DNA of 64,000 nucleotides from Verrucomicrobiota bacterium (GTDB lineage Bacteria > Verrucomicrobiota > Verrucomicrobiia > Limisphaerales > Palsa-1400): NCBI GenBank assembly GCA_049510745.1, contig JBEKYR010000008.1:128001-192000 (forward strand). Reading direction: 5' to 3'. Shown piece after piece: positions 29,970 to 40,661 of the stretch. Numbering within the stretch: position 1 is the first letter of the stretch; the number at the start of each line of letters is the position of its first letter. The position numbers were made by a program, and so were the translations under genes. Under the pieces are notes generated by a model. That model saw nothing but the letters and a program-made list of their open reading frames with translations. It did not search any database and was not told where the DNA came from.

Positions 29970-31310
29970 TCAGTGGCTTTCGGCAGCGCTCGATTCGATT
30001 CGGTAGAGGTGGGTCCGGGTTCGGAGGAAGAACGCCTTGCCTGCCGCCGCCGGCGACGCCATGAAGCCGCCGGCCAGCGTGTTGGTCGCCAGGACTTCGC
30101 AGGTGCGACCGGGCTTGAGCACGGTCGTGGTGCCCTGTTGATTGAAGAAATACAATCGTCCGTCCGCATAAATGGGAGAGGCTTCGTAGCCCCCGCCGAT
30201 GCGTTCGGTCCAGACGATGTTTCCCGTGGCGGCGTCCAGGCAGGAAAGGAAACTCTCCTCGGCCGCGGTGTAAATGAGGCCATCCACCAGAATCGGCGAA
30301 GCGTACTTGCCCACGTGTGTTTTGGCCTTCCACAGCACGTGCGTGTCGGTCACGTCGCCCTGGCCGTCGGCCTTGACGGCCCACAATTCGGTTTTCTCCA
30401 GGCCGGTGACGAAGTAGGCCAAGCCGCGGTCAAAGAGCGGCCTCGGCGCCACGGACCAATCAGCATAGCGAACGCGCCACAGTTCCCGTCCGGTGCGAGG
30501 ATCGTAGGAGTAGGCCGCCTTGGCGCCGGCGCTCAACATCTGAAGTTTATCTTCCGGCCTGACGATAAGCGGGGTGCTGTGGGCTTTGCGCCGGTCGCCG
30601 TCCTTGACCATTTGGCTCGGGTCATCCTGATCGTTCCACGCCACAGAGCGATCGGTTTTCCAAACGGTGCGCCCGCTGTTCTTGTCGAGAGCGACGCTAT
30701 ACTCCAAATTGACGCCATCCAGGGTCAGGATCAACAAGTCCTCGAACAGGACGGGAGAAGAAGACGGCCCTCGATAATGCCGGCACGGCAGGTCGTCGCG
30801 TTTCCAGACGACTTTGGCCGTCGCCGTGTCCAGGCAGGCCGTGCCATAGCTGCCGAAGTGCAGGTAAACACGACCCGGCTCAATCGTCGGCGAAGGGGTG
30901 GCATAGCTGTTGACATTGTTGCCCAGCCTCTCCGGAGTATCGCAGTGAAAAAGTTTCTCATTGAAGCGAATTTTCCCCGTGTCAGCGTCCACACAAAGGG
31001 CGAAGAAGTCATGTCCATCTTCCGTGGCAGTGGTCAACCAGACCTGGCTCTCCATCACAACCGGGGTGGACCAGCCGCGATACGGGATTTCAGTTTTCCA
31101 TTTGACGTTCTCCGTCTCGCTCCACTGGAGCGGAAAACCGGCCACTTTGCTGTCTCCGGGAGCCGAGACATGGCCGTCACCCCAAGGCCCGCGGAACTCC
31201 GGCCAGACCGCTCCGGCTGTCGCCGACCGGCCGGCCAGTGCAACCAGGATGGCAGCGGAAACGGATACGCTATCAAAGATGAAGCACGAAGCTTTCATAG
31301 ATTGGGACAT
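29970..31310 (-). CDS. PQQ-binding-like beta-propeller protein
   Basis: WPEFRGP, ENVKWKTEIP, GWSTPVV, repeated TG...W blades. Confidence 0.88.
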   Translation of the reverse strand: MSQSMKASCFIFDSVSVSAAILVALAGRSATAGAVWPEFRGPWGDGHVSAPGDSKVAGFPLQWSETENVKWKTEIPYRGWSTPVVMESQVWLTTATEDGHDFFALCVDADTGKIRFNEKLFHCDTPERLGNNVNSYATPSPTIEPGRVYLHFGSYGTACLDTATAKVVWKRDDLPCRHYRGPSSSPVLFEDLLILTLDGVNLEYSVALDKNSGRTVWKTDRSVAWNDQDDPSQMVKDGDRRKAHSTPLIVRPEDKLQMLSAGAKAAYSYDPRTGRELWRVRYADWSVAPRPLFDRGLAYFVTGLEKTELWAVKADGQGDVTDTHVLWKAKTHVGKYASPILVDGLIYTAAEESFLSCLDAATGNIVWTERIGGGYEASPIYADGRLYFFNQQGTTTVLKPGRTCEVLATNTLAGGFMASPAAAGKAFFLRTRTHLYRIESSAAESH

Positions 31311-31335
31311 TACTTATGTGATTGGGGAGTTCCGC

Positions 31336-34300
31336 TCATGGTTCGAGGGAGATGGCGCCGGCGTTGGTTTTGGTGACGAAAAAGCCGCCGGCATTGGTCG
31401 CGTCTTGTAAGCAGGCGCCAAAACCGGTGGTGGTCGCGTTTCCCTCGCCGTTGCCAAAAATGACTTTCAGCGCGCCCGTTTTCGGATTGATCGCGCCGCG
31501 CAGCGAATTGGCCGGGCCGGATTTGGCGATCACGGCGTTGTTGCTCAACGCGACCTGATAGGTCAGGTCGAGGCTCGCGTTGGAAATGGCCAGGGTCCCC
31601 GCCGAAAGAGGGAACGCCGCCGCGGCGGACCAGGCGGAGCCTTGCACGGAAAGGGAATTGGTGAAGCCGTTGGCGTAAATCCCCGGCCGGCCAGCGGGCT
31701 TGATCCAAACGAGGTTGGTTTCACCTTGGGGCGCCCCGCCGGCCAGGTTGATCCAGCCCAGAAGCAAGCCGGCATTGCCATAAAGGCTGGCATAGATCGG
31801 GACGTATCCTGACGGGCTGATCGGCACGGACTGGCTGAACGCCGCGCCATCGGCGAGCCTGCCGCTGAGAGTGAGATGGCCGTCGTGGTTGGTCAGCAAC
31901 GCGTAACCAAAACCCGGCGGGATGCCGGCGGCGTTGGCGGGCGGCGCCAGCAGCATCGTGTATTCGGCGGGAGAAGAGGAAGCTTCGGCCAATTCGGCCG
32001 TGAGCGCGGCGGTCCATTCCATTTCCTTCGTGCCGGAAACCGTGCCGGTGATTTCATCGTTGGTCCACTGCAACATCATTTGCACCGTCACCGGTCCGCC
32101 CCGCGCGGCGGAACGAGGGATGCGATTGCTGGCGGAACCGGAGAGGGCGAAACCGCCGTTGAGGGCGTAGGCGGAGCCGTCGAGAAGCAATCGGCCGCTG
32201 TAAACGCCGCGCGAATTGACGCTCAGATGGCTGAGCATGCCGGCCGTTTGCTCCGTGACGCCATTGGTCGCGTCGAAGAACAGGCCGCTGTAAATCCCCG
32301 CCGTGGCAATGAACGGGTTGGTGACGAAATGGGCCTGCAACGACAGGTTGGAGGCCATGACGAAGTGGAGCGGATTGGACGCGTTCGTGAACGCCCCCGA
32401 AGTCCAATTGACAAATAGATTTCCAGCGTCCGGCTTGGCGGACACCGTGTAGCCCTCGCCCAGATTGAGCAGGGCATTGCTGCCCGGACGCGCATTGCCC
32501 GCCACCGACGCGCTGCCCGAAACCGTCCCGTTTCCGTCAATGGAAAGGCCGAAGACTGACGGGACCGCGCGGAAAATCCGGCGGGTGACGACCGGAGAGA
32601 CGTGGCCGGAGTAATCCACGCTTTGGACCGCGACGATGTTCGTGCCCGGCAAAAGCGCGTTGGCAACGGACCACGCCTTTACTGTGGTCCCGTTGGTCGA
32701 GAGGAGCGCGTTGACGCCGGAGGGCTTGTTCGAGCCGGCAAAGACATTGGTAACCCAGCAGACGACATTGGTCACCTGCGCGTTGTCCGACGCCGTCCCG
32801 GAAACGGTGGAATTGGTGGTGCGCGCGCCGGGCGCGGGCGACGTAATGGCCACCGCGGGGCGGGTTTTGTCCGCAACGACCGTCAACCGGGCCACGACGC
32901 TGGTAACGCTGCGGAAAAAATTGGAAACGACGACGGAATAGCCGGCTTCGTCGCGGAAGGCGACGGGGTTGAGGGTGAGGTTGCTGGTGGCGGCGCCGTG
33001 GATTTCGTTTCCGTCGGTGAGCGCGACGCCGTTCGACCGCCATTGATAAAAGAGAGGCGGCCCGCCTGTGGCGGCGACACGGAAGGTGACCACCCCGCCC
33101 TCCGGCCGGTTGAGTTTGGCGGACGGCTGGACCTTGATGGCGGGCGCAATGGGGAGGGCCAGGACCGCCACCGAACTGGTGGCCGCGCCGTCCAGAAGGG
33201 AGGGGCTGACAACCACCTGGTAATCGCCCTCGTCCGCCGGGTTGACCGTTTTGACGGTGAGCGCGCCGCGGTTCGCGCCGGAGAAACTCGCATTGTCATA
33301 TATATTTGTGCCGCCAAGCTGCCATTGGTAGCCCAGGGCGTTCGGGTCGCCGGCGTGGTTCGTGGCAGTGACGGAGAACGTAACCGCCAGCCCGAGCGGG
33401 CTGATCTGGCCGGCGGGCTGGCTCGTGATGGAAGGAGGGCCGATATTGGCCTTGACTGTGAGCAGGCGGGCGCTGGACTCGAACGCCCCGGCGGAGGCGG
33501 GGGTCCCTCGCGGCATTTGCCGGGCGTCAAAGGCGGGGAAAGAGAGGCCGGGAACGCCAGCCACCGCCCCTGCGGCCGGGCCGCCATCCAGGACGGCCAG
33601 CGTCAACATGGCGAAGCCCGCGACGTTGGTGGGGCCAAGGGCGGGGCCGCCGTTGGTGGAGGAGAGCGTCGGAGCCAGGCCCGGGTCGGTGTAAGCGACA
33701 GTGGTCGAGGTGGCCGCGGCCAGGCTGCCGTCCGAGTTGATGTTGTAGCCGGCATCGGTGACCCCGGCTGCGTTGGGGGAGGGATTGGGTGTCAGAGTGG
33801 CGCCGCCGGAGAGAATGGAGTTGGCCAACCGCAGCGCGCCGGCGCTTCCGCAAATGTCCCAACCTGACGTCTGCCCCGCCGCGCCATTGGCTCCCTGAAC
33901 GCCCGAAGCGGTTCCGCCGGCGCCGCCCGCCAGAGTGTTCGTGGCCAGCGTGCAATTGCGCGCCACGGCCAAAACCGCCGCGCTCGCCAATCCGCCGCCG
34001 GCCGCCGGGCCGCCATCGCCCGCCCGCGCCTTTTGGCCGGCCGCAGCGCCGCCGGCGCCTCCGGCGCAGGAGTTGTTGAGAAAGGTGGTGTTTTCAATTT
34101 CGGCGTTTGTCACGCCGCCGTCGAGATAAAGTCCGCCGCCGGCCGCCGGGCCGCCGGCCAGTCCATCCGAGCCGGTTCCGTCGCTGAAGACCTGGCCGGG
34201 ACCGCTGGCGCCCGCGGTGACAGAATTGGTGTAAAAAAGGCAGCCGGACATGGACAACGACGTTGTCACATAAACCGCGCCTCCGCGAGCCAGGCCGCCG

Positions 34301-35088
34301 AACCCGCCGGACCCGGTGTTGCCCGACGAGTAGAGGCCCTGGCCGGCTGCGCCGCCCGCTCCACCCGAACCGGCGAAGCATTCGTTGCCGATGAATTCGG
34401 TGGCCACGAAGACGTTGCCGTTGCCGCTGCTGAAAACGGCCCCGCCCATCGCGCCGCCCCCGTTGCCGCCGTTGCCCCCGTTGCCGCTGAAGACAAATGT
34501 GCCCGTGCCGGCGCCGCCGCTGCCGCCAGCGCCGGCGATCACGGCGTTGGTTCCGAAGACGCAGTAGTAAAGGCTGACCGGACCGAGGCTGAAAATGGCG
34601 CCGCCCGCCGCGCCGCCGCCGCCGCCGCCATCGCTGCCGTTGCCGCTGCCGGGGTCAGCCGCTCCATCGGCGCCACTGGCGTTGGTGGCGGCGTTGCCGG
34701 ACAGGACGCTATTGCTGACAATGAGAGCGCCTTCATTGAAGACGGCGCCGCCGTTGATGCCGATGCCGTTGAGCAGTTGAAGATTGTTCAGGATCAGCCG
34801 GCAGTTGGGATGGACGTGGATGATCCGCGCCGCGCGCTGGCCGTTGATGACGACGCCATTGGTCCCACCGTCGATTTCCACGTTGTTCGAAATCTGCAAC
34901 GTCTGCCCCGCGGCCAGGGTGATGACCGAGCCGCTGAGGAAATTGGTGAGGCAACTGGAGGAGGCCAGGGCGTTGGTGAGAGAAGTGTAATTGGAGATGA
35001 GAATTTGCCCGCAGGCGACGCGGCCGGCCAACGGCAGCAGGGCGGCGGGCAGCAGCAGTCGAACAATTCTTTTCCAGGGCATCTCCAT
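31336..35088 (-). CDS. Giant secreted Gly-rich beta-helix + Ig-domain protein, paralog B
   Basis: Signal peptide, GGA.F Gly-rich repeats, two Ig domains, C-terminal GIYSGLF domain. Confidence 0.8.
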   Translation of the reverse strand: MEMPWKRIVRLLLPAALLPLAGRVACGQILISNYTSLTNALASSSCLTNFLSGSVITLAAGQTLQISNNVEIDGGTNGVVINGQRAARIIHVHPNCRLILNNLQLLNGIGINGGAVFNEGALIVSNSVLSGNAATNASGADGAADPGSGNGSDGGGGGGAAGGAIFSLGPVSLYYCVFGTNAVIAGAGGSGGAGTGTFVFSGNGGNGGNGGGAMGGAVFSSGNGNVFVATEFIGNECFAGSGGAGGAAGQGLYSSGNTGSGGFGGLARGGAVYVTTSLSMSGCLFYTNSVTAGASGPGQVFSDGTGSDGLAGGPAAGGGLYLDGGVTNAEIENTTFLNNSCAGGAGGAAAGQKARAGDGGPAAGGGLASAAVLAVARNCTLATNTLAGGAGGTASGVQGANGAAGQTSGWDICGSAGALRLANSILSGGATLTPNPSPNAAGVTDAGYNINSDGSLAAATSTTVAYTDPGLAPTLSSTNGGPALGPTNVAGFAMLTLAVLDGGPAAGAVAGVPGLSFPAFDARQMPRGTPASAGAFESSARLLTVKANIGPPSITSQPAGQISPLGLAVTFSVTATNHAGDPNALGYQWQLGGTNIYDNASFSGANRGALTVKTVNPADEGDYQVVVSPSLLDGAATSSVAVLALPIAPAIKVQPSAKLNRPEGGVVTFRVAATGGPPLFYQWRSNGVALTDGNEIHGAATSNLTLNPVAFRDEAGYSVVVSNFFRSVTSVVARLTVVADKTRPAVAITSPAPGARTTNSTVSGTASDNAQVTNVVCWVTNVFAGSNKPSGVNALLSTNGTTVKAWSVANALLPGTNIVAVQSVDYSGHVSPVVTRRIFRAVPSVFGLSIDGNGTVSGSASVAGNARPGSNALLNLGEGYTVSAKPDAGNLFVNWTSGAFTNASNPLHFVMASNLSLQAHFVTNPFIATAGIYSGLFFDATNGVTEQTAGMLSHLSVNSRGVYSGRLLLDGSAYALNGGFALSGSASNRIPRSAARGGPVTVQMMLQWTNDEITGTVSGTKEMEWTAALTAELAEASSSPAEYTMLLAPPANAAGIPPGFGYALLTNHDGHLTLSGRLADGAAFSQSVPISPSGYVPIYASLYGNAGLLLGWINLAGGAPQGETNLVWIKPAGRPGIYANGFTNSLSVQGSAWSAAAAFPLSAGTLAISNASLDLTYQVALSNNAVIAKSGPANSLRGAINPKTGALKVIFGNGEGNATTTGFGACLQDATNAGGFFVTKTNAGAISLEP

Positions 35089-35095
35089 CGCCGGA

Positions 35096-38000
35096 TCACG
35101 GTTTCAATGAGATGAAGCCGGCGTTGGTTTTGGTGACGAAGTAGCCGCCGGCATTGGTCGCATCCTGCAAAAGGGCGGCGTAACCGGTCGTGGTCGCTTT
35201 GCCCTCGCCGTTGCCAAAGATGAGTTTTATCGCGCCCGTTTTCAGATTGATTGTTCCGCGCAAGGAATTGGCCGGGCCTGATTCCGCGACCACCAGGTTG
35301 TTGTCGAAAGAAACCCGGTTTGTCAAGTAAAGGCTGGCATTGGAAATGGTCAAGGTCCCGGCGGTCAGAGGCAGCGCGGCGTCAGCCAGCCAGGCGGAGC
35401 CCTGCACGGAAAGCGAGTTGGTGAAACCGTTGGTGTAAATCCCCGCCGCGGCGGCGGGCTTGATCCACGTGAAGTTGGTTTCACCCTGGGGCGTCCCGTT
35501 GGTCAGGCTGATCCAGCCCAGGAGCAGGCCGGCATTGTGGTAGAGGCTGGCGAACACGGGCACGTTCCCCAACTTTCCAATCGGCACGCTTTGGCTGAAA
35601 GCGGCGCCGTCGGGCAGCGCGCCCGCGAGGGTGAGATAACCAAGGTGGTTGGTCAGAAGCACGTAACCGTAGCCGGGCGGAACCTCGCCGACAACGTTGG
35701 TGGACGGCGGCAGCAGCACGGTGTATTGGCCGGAAACGGCCAACGGGGCCGCCCCCTCCTCGGCACACAGCGCGGATTCCCACCCGCCTTCATTGGTCCC
35801 GGAGACGCTGCCGAGAATCTGATGGTTGGTCCATCCCACCGCCATCACCACGCTCACCGGCCCGCCCCGCGCGGCCGCGCGGGCAATGTGATTGCTGGCA
35901 TGGCCGAAAATGTCAAAGACACCGCCGAGGGAATAAGTGGCGCCGTCGAGCAGGAGTTTGCCGCTGAACCGGCCGAGCGAACCGAGCGTCAGATGGCTGA
36001 TCAGGCCGGCGGTATGCTCGGTGAGGGCCTTGTTGGTCGGGAAAAAGAGTCCGTTGTAAACACCCGCCACCGCCATGAACGGGCTGGGCACAAAATTGGC
36101 CTGGATCGACAAATTGGGGGTCATGACGAAGTGAAGGATGTTGCCGTTGCTGGTGAAGCCGGGCGAAGTCCAGTTTGTCAACAAATAACCCTGGCCCGGC
36201 GTGGCCGACAAAGTGTAGCCCTCGGTCAGATTGAGTTGGGCGCCGTTGGTGGGCCGCGCGCCCCCCGGAGCCGAGGCGCTGCCCGCCACACTCCCTTTTC
36301 CAGTGATGGAAAACGCAAAGGGAGACGGTACGGCGTAAAAGAACTTGCGGACGACAATCGGGGAAACGTTGCTCGAATAATCGACGCTTTGCACCGCGAC
36401 CATGTTCGTGCCCGGGAAAAACGCATTGGTGAGGCTGGTCCACGTCTTTTTGGTCGTTCCATTGGTGGAAAGAACCGCGGAGGTGACGAGGTTCGTGCCC
36501 AGGAAGAAATTGGTTGCCGAGACAGAGACGTTGGTGACCTGGGCGTTGTCCGAAGCCGTGCCGGAAATGACCGCATTGGTGGAGCGCGCCCCGGGGGCGG
36601 GCGAGGTGATCGTCACGGTGGGGGGGGTGGTGTCCGCCTTGACAGTCAACCGGGCCACAACACTGGTGACGCTGCGATAGTAATTGCCCACCACCACGGT
36701 GTAACTGGCCGCATCCTGGAAGGTAACGGGGTTGATGGTGAGGTTGCTGGTGGCGGAGCCGGAGAATTCATTGCCGTCGGTGAGCGCGACCTCGTTGCTC
36801 CGCCATTGAAAAGAAAAAGGCGGCGCGCCGCCGACCTTGACTTTGAAGGTCACCACCGCGCCGTACGGCTCATTGAGTTTGCTGGACGGCTGGGTTCGAA
36901 TGGAGGGGGGAATCTTCACCAGGAGGTAGGCATTGGAGCTGACGGCCTCGCTGTCCAGGAGGGACGGGCTGACGACCACGCGGTAGGCGCCCAGGTCCGC
37001 CGCGCTGATGTCTTTGACGGTCAGAGTGTTGCTGGTGGCGCCGGCAAAACTCGCGTTGTCAATTAGATTTGCGCCGTTAAGCTGCCACTGATACCCCAGG
37101 GGGTTCGGATCACCGGAGTTCGCCACGGCGGTGACGCTGAAGTGAGCGGCGGCCCCGACCCTGGCCGTTTGGTTTGTCGGTTCACTGATGGTGGCCGGAG
37201 CGGTTTCGTAAACAGTGATGCCATTCACTTCAAAGGCGCCCACACTGCCCGGCGTTCCTCTGGGTGCGCCCCGCTCATCGGTGGCCGGGAAGGTCAGGCC
37301 CGGCACGCCTGGAATTGCGTTAGTCGCCGGGCTTCCAGCGATCACCTGCAGTGTCAGCATCGGAGGCCCGGCGCCGTTGGCGGGGCCAAGCGCGAACCCG
37401 CCATCGGCGGTCAAGCCCGCATCCAATCCGGGATTGGCGCTGTTGCGGGTGGTGGAGGTGGACTTGGTCGGGCTGGCATCCGAACTGATGTTGTAACCGG
37501 CGTCGGTGACGCCAACCGCGTTGGAACTCGCCCCGCCCGAAAGAATCGAGTTGGCCAACCGCACCACACCGGCGCTGCAATAAATTTGCCAACCGTTTGT
37601 GCTTCCTTCCAGGCCGTTGACGCCGTTGGTGCCGGAGTCGGAGCCGAAGGTTCCGGGGTCCAGCGTGTTTGTGGCCAGGGTGCAATTGCGGATCATCGCC
37701 GCCGCCGCGCCCGAGAAGATTCCGCCGCCATAAACCGCGCCGCCATTGCCGGCAATGGTCGAAGCTCCCGCTGCGGGGCCGCCGGGGCCGCCCACGCACA
37801 GGTTCCCGAAGAATATGGTGTTTTCAATGTCAGCCGTCGGCGCCGAGTTCGAGAGATAAATCCCGCCCCCGCCGGCCGGAGCGCCGGCAATCCCGTTGGC
37901 GCCGGTGCCATCCGCCAGGAGTTGGGCCGCGCCGCTGCCGCCGCCGACGGCAACGTTATTGAAAAACAGGCAATCGGCCACGAACAACGACCCCGTGGCA

Positions 38001-38857
38001 TAAAGGCCGCCCCCCGCCGCCGCGCCGCCGCCCGCGCCCTGGCCGGAGGCGCCATTGCCGGTGGACAACGCTCCCACGCCGCCCGAGCCGCCCGAGCCGC
38101 CCGAGCCGGCGACGCAGTTGTTGCTGATGAATTCGGTGGCAAAGAAAACATTGCTGTTGCCGGTGCTCATCACGGCCCCCCCGAAAGCCCCGCCCCCCGC
38201 GCCGCCATTGCCGCCGTTGCCGGCGAAACTGCTGTTGGCGCCGTTGCCGCCGATGCCCCCGGAGCCGGCCAAGGCTTGGTTGGTCAGAAACACCGAGAAG
38301 TAAACGCTGACAGGTCCGTGGCTGTAGATGGCGCCGCCCAAGGCGCCGCCCCCGCCCGCCGCGTCCGTTCCGGCGAGGCCGCTGTTGGTGGCGGCGTTGA
38401 TGCCGTTGGTGCCGTTGAAATTGGTGGCGGAGTTGCCCGCGATGATGGCGTTGCTGATGATCAGGGTGCCTTCGTTGAAAATGGCGCCGCCGCCGCCATT
38501 GGTGCTGAGGCCGCGCAACAGTTGAACGTTGTTGAGCACCAACCGGGCGTTGGGATTGACGTGAAACAACCGAAAGAGATTGTTTCCATCAATCACAACA
38601 GTATTGGTCGTGCCGTCGATCATGACGTCGTTCGTGATCTGCAACGTCGGGTAGTTGGGCGTCAAATTGATCACGGCTGTGCCGGCAAAATTGGTGATGA
38701 CGGGGGAGGAGGAGGATTGAATCGCGGCGTTGAGAGAGGTGTAGTTGGACACCACGATGGCCTGCCCGCAAGCGATCCATCCCAGAAAAGGGAGCAGCGT
38801 GGCGAGCGGCAGCAGAACCCGCCTGGGCGGAATAAACCTTTTCAAGAGCGTCTCCAT
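35096..38857 (-). CDS. Giant secreted Gly-rich beta-helix + Ig-domain protein, paralog A
   Basis: Start METLLKR at 38857 (upstream part of the ORF is antisense to the GT gene); colinear with 31336-35088 to the C-terminus (FVTKTNAG.ISL.P). Confidence 0.8.
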   Translation of the reverse strand: METLLKRFIPPRRVLLPLATLLPFLGWIACGQAIVVSNYTSLNAAIQSSSSPVITNFAGTAVINLTPNYPTLQITNDVMIDGTTNTVVIDGNNLFRLFHVNPNARLVLNNVQLLRGLSTNGGGGAIFNEGTLIISNAIIAGNSATNFNGTNGINAATNSGLAGTDAAGGGGALGGAIYSHGPVSVYFSVFLTNQALAGSGGIGGNGANSSFAGNGGNGGAGGGAFGGAVMSTGNSNVFFATEFISNNCVAGSGGSGGSGGVGALSTGNGASGQGAGGGAAAGGGLYATGSLFVADCLFFNNVAVGGGSGAAQLLADGTGANGIAGAPAGGGGIYLSNSAPTADIENTIFFGNLCVGGPGGPAAGASTIAGNGGAVYGGGIFSGAAAAMIRNCTLATNTLDPGTFGSDSGTNGVNGLEGSTNGWQIYCSAGVVRLANSILSGGASSNAVGVTDAGYNISSDASPTKSTSTTRNSANPGLDAGLTADGGFALGPANGAGPPMLTLQVIAGSPATNAIPGVPGLTFPATDERGAPRGTPGSVGAFEVNGITVYETAPATISEPTNQTARVGAAAHFSVTAVANSGDPNPLGYQWQLNGANLIDNASFAGATSNTLTVKDISAADLGAYRVVVSPSLLDSEAVSSNAYLLVKIPPSIRTQPSSKLNEPYGAVVTFKVKVGGAPPFSFQWRSNEVALTDGNEFSGSATSNLTINPVTFQDAASYTVVVGNYYRSVTSVVARLTVKADTTPPTVTITSPAPGARSTNAVISGTASDNAQVTNVSVSATNFFLGTNLVTSAVLSTNGTTKKTWTSLTNAFFPGTNMVAVQSVDYSSNVSPIVVRKFFYAVPSPFAFSITGKGSVAGSASAPGGARPTNGAQLNLTEGYTLSATPGQGYLLTNWTSPGFTSNGNILHFVMTPNLSIQANFVPSPFMAVAGVYNGLFFPTNKALTEHTAGLISHLTLGSLGRFSGKLLLDGATYSLGGVFDIFGHASNHIARAAARGGPVSVVMAVGWTNHQILGSVSGTNEGGWESALCAEEGAAPLAVSGQYTVLLPPSTNVVGEVPPGYGYVLLTNHLGYLTLAGALPDGAAFSQSVPIGKLGNVPVFASLYHNAGLLLGWISLTNGTPQGETNFTWIKPAAAAGIYTNGFTNSLSVQGSAWLADAALPLTAGTLTISNASLYLTNRVSFDNNLVVAESGPANSLRGTINLKTGAIKLIFGNGEGKATTTGYAALLQDATNAGGYFVTKTNAGFISLKP

Positions 38858-38944
38858 AGCGTTAGTTTGATAACAGACTGTTGGTTGCGGATAAACAACA
38901 TTCCTTGGAAAAGGTTTCGCTCCGGTCGCGCCCATACTGGCCGC

Positions 38945-40609
38945 ATGAAGCTGTTTTACACATCCCCGATGAAGTGGAAAGAGCCGGGCACGGCCGGGGC
39001 GCTCTTGCTGCTCACGCTGGCGACGCTGGGCTGTCTGATGCCGTTCCTGGACAAGGCGGTTCACATGGACGATCCGCTCTTTATCTGGACGGCGCGCCAA
39101 ATCCGGTCGCACCCGCTGGATTTTTACGGCTTCCCGGTCGAGTGGGACAGGGCGGAGTTGCCCATGGCCGTCGTGATGCAGAATCCGCCGTTGACGGGCT
39201 ACTATCTGGCAGCGGTCGGCTCGGTGCTCGGCTGGAGCGAGAGCGCGCTGCATTTCGGGTTTCTCCTGCCGGCTTTGGCCCTGGTGCTGGGCGTGTACTT
39301 CCTGGCCCGGAACTTCTGCCGTCATCCGGCGGCGGCGGCTTTGGCGACCCTCGCAACGCCGGTCTTTCTGGTCTCCAGCACGAGCCTGATGTGCGATACG
39401 ATGATGACGGCGCTGTGGGTTTGGGCGATATTCTTCTGGATGGAGGGGCTTCGCCGGCAATGCGCGCTTCGTTTGTTCTTGGCGGCGCTGCTGATCGCGG
39501 CCAGCAGCCTGACAAAATACTTTGGCGTGTGCCTGGTTCCGCTCTTGTTCGTTTATGCGGCGATGCAACAACGCCGTCTGGGCGCGTGGCTGGCCTGTCT
39601 GGGTTTGCCCGTTCTTGTTCTGGCCGGCTATCAGGCTGTAACTTATCGCCTGTACGGAACGGCACTGCTGACCAATGCGGCTGCCTATGCCACCACGCTG
39701 CGGGTGGGAGGCGGGCTGACGGCGAAGCTCCTGCCGGCTCTGGCGTTTACCGGCGGATGCGTCTTCATTTCTCTGGCGGCCGCGCCGCTGCTCTGGGGCA
39801 GGAAAGGCCTGGCCCTCTGCGGCGCCGGCGTGGTCGCGCTGGGGTTGCTCCTCGCCGGGCTTAAGCAGGTGGGGGCATTTTCCCTCATCGACGCCGGGCA
39901 TGTGAAATGGCTGGTGCTGGTGCAAATCGCGGTCTTTGTCTGCGGCGGCGCGTTGATCTTCATCCTGGCGGCGGCGGACGTGTTCGCTCGCAGGGACGCG
40001 GCCTCGGTGCTTTTGTTGCTTTGGACGGCCGGCACGTTTGTCTTTGTTTGGGCGGTGAACTGGACGATTTCGGGCCGCAATATCCTGCCTTTGGCGCCGG
40101 CGGTTTCTTTCTTGCTCATCCGCCGCCTGGAGTCGCAGGCCCCGGCGGAGCGCCCGGAGGAAATCGGCCTGTTGTGGGGGCCGTTGGGCCTCTCGTTGGC
40201 CGTCGGCTTGGCGGTGGCATGGGGCGACTGGAAACTGGCCGATTCGGCGCGGACCGCCGCCTTTGCGCTTCAACAACCATCCGGCCCGCGCTCCGGCAGG
40301 ATGCGATTCGAGGGCCACTGGGGATTTCAGTACTACATGCAACTGCTCGGGGCCAGGGCCGTCAGTGTGACGCACCCGGACTTGGTCTCCAACGAATTGA
40401 TCGTCGTGCCGCTCAATAACACCCATTTGTTTCGACTGCCCGGCGACCGGATCGAGACGGTGTTCCAGTACCATGGCGCCGCCGCCGGCTGGGTGACCCT
40501 GATGAGTGCCGCCGCGGGCGCCGGCTACTATTCGGACGCTTGGGGGCCGGCGCCGTTTGTCTTCGGCCCGGCGCCGACCGAAGATTACGTTCTGTTCCAT
40601 GTCAAATAG
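38945..40609 (+). CDS. GT-C fold glycosyltransferase (ArnT/PMT, GT39/83-like)
   Basis: HMDDPLF, NPPL, MCD, LTKY motifs and many TM helices; ATG at 38945. Confidence 0.75.
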   Translation: MKLFYTSPMKWKEPGTAGALLLLTLATLGCLMPFLDKAVHMDDPLFIWTARQIRSHPLDFYGFPVEWDRAELPMAVVMQNPPLTGYYLAAVGSVLGWSESALHFGFLLPALALVLGVYFLARNFCRHPAAAALATLATPVFLVSSTSLMCDTMMTALWVWAIFFWMEGLRRQCALRLFLAALLIAASSLTKYFGVCLVPLLFVYAAMQQRRLGAWLACLGLPVLVLAGYQAVTYRLYGTALLTNAAAYATTLRVGGGLTAKLLPALAFTGGCVFISLAAAPLLWGRKGLALCGAGVVALGLLLAGLKQVGAFSLIDAGHVKWLVLVQIAVFVCGGALIFILAAADVFARRDAASVLLLLWTAGTFVFVWAVNWTISGRNILPLAPAVSFLLIRRLESQAPAERPEEIGLLWGPLGLSLAVGLAVAWGDWKLADSARTAAFALQQPSGPRSGRMRFEGHWGFQYYMQLLGARAVSVTHPDLVSNELIVVPLNNTHLFRLPGDRIETVFQYHGAAAGWVTLMSAAAGAGYYSDAWGPAPFVFGPAPTEDYVLFHVK

Positions 40610-40661
40610 GGACTGAAATTGGCGGTTGGCGGAGGGCGGTTGATTCAGTATCTTCAAGGGC

